In this document: piece after piece, positions 58,207 to 64,000 of the stretch | Layout of the letters: every line of letters starts with the position of its first letter | Numbering within the stretch: the first letter of the stretch is position 1 | Assembly: GCA_002387845.1 (NCBI GenBank) | Contig: DGLB01000074.1 | Span: 52,081 to 116,080 of the forward strand | Source of the DNA: Stenotrophomonas maltophilia | GTDB lineage: Bacteria > Pseudomonadota > Gammaproteobacteria > Xanthomonadales > Xanthomonadaceae | Direction: 5' to 3' | DNA: 64,000 bases | The notes under the pieces: generated by a model | What the model was told of the DNA's origin: nothing | The model's database searches: none | What the model saw: only the letters and a program-made list of their open reading frames with translations | Made by a program: the position numbers and the translations under genes

Positions 58207-59094
58207 TCACCTCAACTGCGCACTCAACCACTCCGCCAATACCTCCACCCGCGCATCCGCCACACCCTCCGGTGTCGCCAACACCCAGAACCCGCCGGTC
58301 GCCCCAAACCCCCACGGGGCCAGCAACCTTCCGGCCGCCAACTCATCAGCCACCAGCGGCTCCGGCGCAATCGCCACGCCCAGCCCGGCAACGGCCGCCT
58401 CCAGCAGGTAGTACAGATGGTCAAAGCCGGTGCCCATCACCAGCTGCGCCGGCTCCAACCCATGCGACAGCGCCCAGTCCGGCCAGGCCTGCGGGCGCGA
58501 CGTCGTATGCAGTAACGGCTCGCCCCGCAGCACCGAAGGCGGATGCCCACGCAGCCGCGCCGACGCCGGATGCTGCGGACTGACCACCACGCCCACCCGT
58601 TCCGGTGCCAACTCGCGTACCCGCCACCCCGGCGGCCAAGGTGCATGCGCCAGCAGCAACACCGCATCCAGGTTCTGCTGATCCGCCGTGAAGCTGCCGT
58701 CCTGCGCCGACCAGTGCAGCGGCAGCTGTGGCAGGTCGGCCTGCAGTTGCTGCAGGCGGGGAATCATCCAACGCGCCAGGATGCTGCCGCTGCAGCCCAG
58801 CACCAGTGCTTCCGGCCGCTGCCGGCGCTGCAGCCCGGTCACCGCCTCGCGGATCTGACCGAAGGCACCCGCGCAGGCCGCCTGCAGGGTCTCGCCGGCG
58901 GCGGTCAGGCGCAGGCCGCGACCGGCGCGCTCGAACAGCGCGAAGCCCAGATGCTCCTCCAGCAGCCGCAGCTGCCGGCTGATCGCACCGTGGGTCACAT
59001 GCAGCTCCTGCGCGGCACGCCCGACACCGCCCAGCCGGGCCGTGGCCTCGAAGCTGCGCAGGGCATTCAGCGAGGGCAGGGGGGTGTCACTCAT
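58207..59094 (-). CDS. LysR-family transcriptional regulator divergent from trpBA (TrpI-like activator)
   Basis: N-terminal HTH LNALRSFEATARLGGVGRAAQELHVTHGAISRQLRLLE. Divergent arrangement with trpB, as for Pseudomonas trpI-trpBA. Confidence 0.75.
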   Translation of the reverse strand: MSDTPLPSLNALRSFEATARLGGVGRAAQELHVTHGAISRQLRLLEEHLGFALFERAGRGLRLTAAGETLQAACAGAFGQIREAVTGLQRRQRPEALVLGCSGSILARWMIPRLQQLQADLPQLPLHWSAQDGSFTADQQNLDAVLLLAHAPWPPGWRVRELAPERVGVVVSPQHPASARLRGHPPSVLRGEPLLHTTSRPQAWPDWALSHGLEPAQLVMGTGFDHLYYLLEAAVAGLGVAIAPEPLVADELAAGRLLAPWGFGATGGFWVLATPEGVADARVEVLAEWLSAQLR

Positions 59095-59189
59095 GTGAGT
59101 TTTCCTGACGGGTTCGGCCAGATAATATCGATATTCCGGTCAGGATGTGTGCGTTAGAGTGAAGCCCTGTCTCTACCGGCTGTCGCGTC

Positions 59190-60413
<1,224 letters not shown>

Positions 60414-60455
60414 CCGCCCGCCGCGCATTTGAACTGACCCTGGAACGCGCCTGAC

Positions 60456-61262
60456 ATGTCCGTTGACCGTATTGATGCCTGCTTTGCCCGCCTGCGCGCC
60501 AGTGGCCGCAAGGCACTGATTCCGTTCATCACCGCCGGTGACCCCGGGCTCGAGGCGACCGTGCCGGTGATGCATGCGCTGGCTGCGGCCGGTGCCGATG
60601 TGATCGAGCTCGGCGTGCCGTTCTCCGACCCGATGGCCGATGGCCCCACCATCCAGCGCAGCTCCGAGCGTGCGCTGGCACGCGGGGCAGGGCTGAGCTA
60701 TGTGCTGGAAACGGTGCGCGACTTCCGCCGCGAGGATGCGACCACGCCGGTAGTGTTGATGGGTTACCTGAATCCGATCGAGATCCGTGGCACCGAGCGT
60801 TTCGCCCGGGATGCGATCGACGCCGGCGTGGATGGCGTGTTGCTGGTGGACCTGCCGCCGGAAGAAGCGGAAGAGACCCTGGCGATCTTCGAGCAGGCCG
60901 GGCTGGCGTTGATCCTGCTGGCCTCGCCGACGACCGCCGATGCGCGTCTGGACAAGCTCTCGGCCATGGCGCGTGGCTATCTGTACTACGTGAGCTTTGC
61001 GGGCGTGACCGGTGCCTCTGATCGCCTCGACAGCGACGCCGCCAGTGCCCGGCTGCGTGACCTGCGCGGTCGCTCGTCGGTGCCGGTGGTGGCTGGCTTT
61101 GGCATCAAGGACGCGGCCAGTGCGGCGGCGATGGCGAAGGAGGCCGACGGTGTGGTGGTGGGCAGCGCACTGGTGGCGGCGCTGGCGGAGGCGGACGGTT
61201 CAGATGCCGCAGCGGCGGTGGCGAAGGCGTTCCTCGCGCCCCTGCGCAAGGCCCTGGACTGA
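60456..61262 (+). CDS. trpA: Tryptophan synthase alpha chain
   Basis: ALIPFITAGDP...ELGVPFSDPMADGPTIQ canonical TrpA motifs. Confidence 0.9.
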   Translation: MSVDRIDACFARLRASGRKALIPFITAGDPGLEATVPVMHALAAAGADVIELGVPFSDPMADGPTIQRSSERALARGAGLSYVLETVRDFRREDATTPVVLMGYLNPIEIRGTERFARDAIDAGVDGVLLVDLPPEEAEETLAIFEQAGLALILLASPTTADARLDKLSAMARGYLYYVSFAGVTGASDRLDSDAASARLRDLRGRSSVPVVAGFGIKDAASAAAMAKEADGVVVGSALVAALAEADGSDAAAAVAKAFLAPLRKALD

Positions 61263-61267
61263 CCAGC

Positions 61268-61334
61268 CGTAGTGACACGCCATGCGTGTCATTACCGGGC
61301 AATCGGGGCGTAGTGACACGCCATGCGTGTCATC
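61268..61334. repeat. Two direct copies of REP palindrome CGTAGTGACACGCCATGCGTGTCAT, 41 bp apart
   Basis: 61268-61293 and 61309-61334, read directly; downstream of trpA. Confidence 0.8.
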
Positions 61335-61516
61335 GCGGTCCCAAACAGGGTCGAAGCCACGCAGGGGCGTGGCTCTACAGCGATCCATGGCATCCCGTCC
61401 GACGAGTTTCACGCTCCCTCCACACGCCCCCGTAGGGATCCCGGCCCCACGGCGGGTGAGCTAGACTGTCCGCCTTTGCGGCCTTCGGGCCGCCCTGAAT
61501 GGACGTATCAACAAGC

Positions 61517-62392
61517 ATGAGTTGGCTGACCAAACTGATGCCGTCGGGCATCCGCACCGACAATGTTCCCAGCAAGAAGCGCAGTGTCCCCGAGGGCCTG
61601 TGGGAAAAGTGCAGCAACTGCAACAGCGCGCTGTACGGCCCGGAGCTGGAAGAAAACCTGGAGGTCTGCCCGAAGTGCGGCCACCACATGGCGATCCGCG
61701 CCCGCGCGCGCCTGGCCGCGCTGTTCGACGCTGACAGCACCTCCGAAATCGCTGCCCGCCTGGGGCCGACCGACCTTCTGAAGTTCAAGGACCAGAAGAA
61801 GTACGGTGAGCGCATCAAGGCCTCGCAGAAGAACACCGGCGAATATGACGCGCTGATCGCGATGCAGGGCCTGCTCAAGGGCCGTCCGCTGGTGGCGTCG
61901 GCGTTCGACTTTGCCTTCATGGGCGGGTCGATGGGCTCGGTGGTCGGCGAACGGTTCTCGCTGGCCGCTGAAAAAGCGCTGGAAATCGGTGCACCTTACG
62001 TGTGCTTCTCCGCCAGCGGCGGCGCGCGCATGCAGGAAGGCCTGTTCTCGCTGATGCAGATGGCGAAGACCTCGGCCGCGCTGGGTCGCCTGCGCGACGC
62101 TGGCCTGCCGTACATCTCGGTGCTCACCCATCCGACCACCGGTGGTGTATCGGCGTCGTTTGCGATGCTGGGCGACATCAACATCGCCGAGCCGCAGGCC
62201 CTGATCGGCTTCGCCGGTCCGCGCGTGATCGAGCAGACCGTGCGTGAAAAGCTGCCGGAAGGCTTCCAGCGTTCGGAGTTCCTGCTGGAGCACGGCGCGA
62301 TCGACCAGATCTGCGACCGGCGCGAAATGCGCGATCGTCTGGCCGATCTGCTGGCCATGCTGGGTCGCCAGTCGCCGGCGGACGCTGCCTGA
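61517..62392 (+). CDS. accD: Acetyl-CoA carboxylase carboxyltransferase beta subunit
   Basis: MSWLTKL...[26 protein letters not shown] zinc ribbon, and GGSMG carboxyltransferase motif. Start at MSWLTKL by analogy with E. coli AccD. Confidence 0.85.
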   Translation: MSWLTKLMPSGIRTDNVPSKKRSVPEGLWEKCSNCNSALYGPELEENLEVCPKCGHHMAIRARARLAALFDADSTSEIAARLGPTDLLKFKDQKKYGERIKASQKNTGEYDALIAMQGLLKGRPLVASAFDFAFMGGSMGSVVGERFSLAAEKALEIGAPYVCFSASGGARMQEGLFSLMQMAKTSAALGRLRDAGLPYISVLTHPTTGGVSASFAMLGDINIAEPQALIGFAGPRVIEQTVREKLPEGFQRSEFLLEHGAIDQICDRREMRDRLADLLAMLGRQSPADAA

Positions 62393-63759
62393 TGGGGGCG
62401 CGCAAGTATTTCGGCACCGACGGCATCCGCGGTCGGGTTGGCCAGGGCGTGATCTCGGCCGATTTCGTCTTGCGCCTGGGCAATGCGCTGGGCCGCGTGC
62501 TGACCGAGCGCAACGGTCACCGTCCGGGCCACCGCCCGGTGGTGGTGATCGGCAAGGACACGCGCATTTCCGGCTATATGTTCGAGGCAGCGCTGGAAGC
62601 CGGTCTGGTGGCTGCGGGTGCCGACGTGCAGCTGCTGGGCCCGATGCCGACCCCGGCGGTGGCGTTCCTGACCCGCACCCTGGGTGCGGACGCAGGCATT
62701 GTGATCAGCGCGTCGCACAACCCGCACTACGACAACGGCATCAAGTTCTTCTCCGCCGATGGCGAAAAGCTGGACGATGCGACCGAGCTGGCGCTGGAAG
62801 CGGCGCTGGACAGCGAGTTCACCACGGCCGAATCGGACCGCCTCGGCAAGGCGGCGCGCGCGCGCGATGCGGTGGGCCGTTACATCGAATTCTGCAAGGC
62901 CAGCGTGCCGCGCAAATTCGACCTGCGCGGGCTGAAGATCGTGCTCGACTGCGCGCACGGTGCGACGTATCACATCGCGCCACTGCTGTTCCGTGAACTG
63001 GGTGCGGACGTCACTGCGATTGGTGCCGAACCCAACGGCGTGAACATCAATGACGGCGTGGGGTCGATGCACATCGACAACCTGGCGGCGAAGGTGCGCG
63101 AGGTGGGTGCAGACCTGGGCATCGCGTTCGACGGCGACGGCGACCGCGTGCTGATGGCCGACGACCAGGGCAACCCGGTTGACGGCGACGACCTGCTGTA
63201 TGTGCTGGCCGCCTCCTGGCAGCGCAATGGTCGTCTGCGCGGCCCGGTGGTGGGTACGTTGATGACCAACTTCGGCCTGGAGCAGGCGCTGGAGCGTCTG
63301 GGCCTGCCGTTCGTGCGCAGCAACGTGGGCGACCGCTACGTGCACCAGGCACTGGTGGAAGGCGGCGGCGTGCTGGGCGGCGAAGCGTCTGGCCACCTGC
63401 TGTGCCTGGACCGTGCCACCACGGGCGACGCCATCGTCAGCGCGCTGCAGGTGCTGGAAGTGCTGCGTCGCGAGGGCACGACCCTGCGCGCTGCATTGAC
63501 CGACGTCACCAAGGTGCCGCAGAAGACGGTCAACGTGCGTTTGGCGGGCGTCTCGGCCAAGGCCATCGTGCAGTCCGAGGGCGTGCAGTCGGCACTGGCC
63601 GACGCGCAGCAGGCGGTCAAGGGCCGCGGCCGCGCCTTCCTGCGTCCGTCCGGCACCGAGCCGGTGGTCCGCGTGACCGTCGAGGCCGACAGCGCCGAGC
63701 TGATGCAGGCCACGCTGGACAGCCTGTCCGGCGCGGTAAAAGCGGCCGCCGCGGCCTGA
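62392..63759 (+). CDS. glmM: Phosphoglucosamine mutase
   Basis: YFGTDGIRG, active-site [21 protein letters not shown] metal-binding loop. Start ATG overlaps the accD stop. Confidence 0.9.
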   Translation: MGARKYFGTDGIRGRVGQGVISADFVLRLGNALGRVLTERNGHRPGHRPVVVIGKDTRISGYMFEAALEAGLVAAGADVQLLGPMPTPAVAFLTRTLGADAGIVISASHNPHYDNGIKFFSADGEKLDDATELALEAALDSEFTTAESDRLGKAARARDAVGRYIEFCKASVPRKFDLRGLKIVLDCAHGATYHIAPLLFRELGADVTAIGAEPNGVNINDGVGSMHIDNLAAKVREVGADLGIAFDGDGDRVLMADDQGNPVDGDDLLYVLAASWQRNGRLRGPVVGTLMTNFGLEQALERLGLPFVRSNVGDRYVHQALVEGGGVLGGEASGHLLCLDRATTGDAIVSALQVLEVLRREGTTLRAALTDVTKVPQKTVNVRLAGVSAKAIVQSEGVQSALADAQQAVKGRGRAFLRPSGTEPVVRVTVEADSAELMQATLDSLSGAVKAAAAA

Positions 63760-63769
63760 CCCGAAGAAC

Positions 63770-63792
63770 CCGGCTCCGGCCGGGTTTTTCGT
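63770..63792 (+). terminator. Rho-independent terminator after glmM
   Basis: CCCGGC-tccg-GCCGGG stem followed by TTTTTCGTTT. Confidence 0.7.
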
Positions 63793-64000
63793 TTGGAGGG
63801 TGCGATTGCACGATCTACGTATCGGCGGGCGTTGCCCGGCTGCTGTTGGATTTGTGCGAACAACCCTCGGTTCACTGCTTTGCTGGCTTGGCGGCTCGGG
63901 ACGGGCGTTCCGGGGGACGCTGCAAGAACGTCCATGTAAGCTCGGTCGCCGCATCCATGCGGCTCACGCCCCCTCCAGCCCCCCCCCTCCCGCCATCGAC

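Overview
This is a high-GC (about 67%) gammaproteobacterial chromosome segment, almost certainly Stenotrophomonas (S. maltophilia group). It carries repeated SMAG-type GTAG palindromes (GTAGAGCCGGGCTTGCCCGGC), a second REP hairpin family (TGACACGCCATGCGTGTCA) and the Xanthomonadaceae synteny asd-fimV-truA-trpF ... trpBA-accD. About 55 genes are tightly packed on both strands, many with overlapping start and stop codons. No rRNA, tRNA, CRISPR, transposase or integrase was recognised. Two loci stand out. (1) 1545-7165: a complete six-gene Fap-type functional amyloid operon (fapA-F). It has curlin/FapC-like GN(I/L)GxNxAAGxxNxQxN repeats, a C39 peptidase (FapD) and an N-terminal coiled-coil beta-barrel secretin (FapF). 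It is preceded by a candidate sigma-54 promoter and followed by a convergent sigma-54 enhancer-binding protein. (2) 48160-58163: a 10-kb translationally coupled five-gene operon inserted between trpF and trpI-trpBA. It encodes a YqiJ/NfeD-like membrane protein, a flotillin (SPFH, YqiK-like), a 1796-aa coiled-coil protein ending in a MoxR/AAA_5-like ATPase domain, a 234-aa helical protein and a TelA/KlaA-like protein. This looks like an uncharacterised membrane-associated ATPase system. Also present are a peptide-scavenging locus (two tandem M13 metallopeptidases, one with a degenerate HExxH; an S9 peptidase; a TonB-dependent receptor) and many housekeeping genes (gor, slyD, apbC, dcd, rimO, greB, rraB, psd, prmB, aroC, asd, fimV, truA, trpF, trpB, trpA, accD, glmM). 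Most long ORFs antisense to these genes are GC-driven artefacts.
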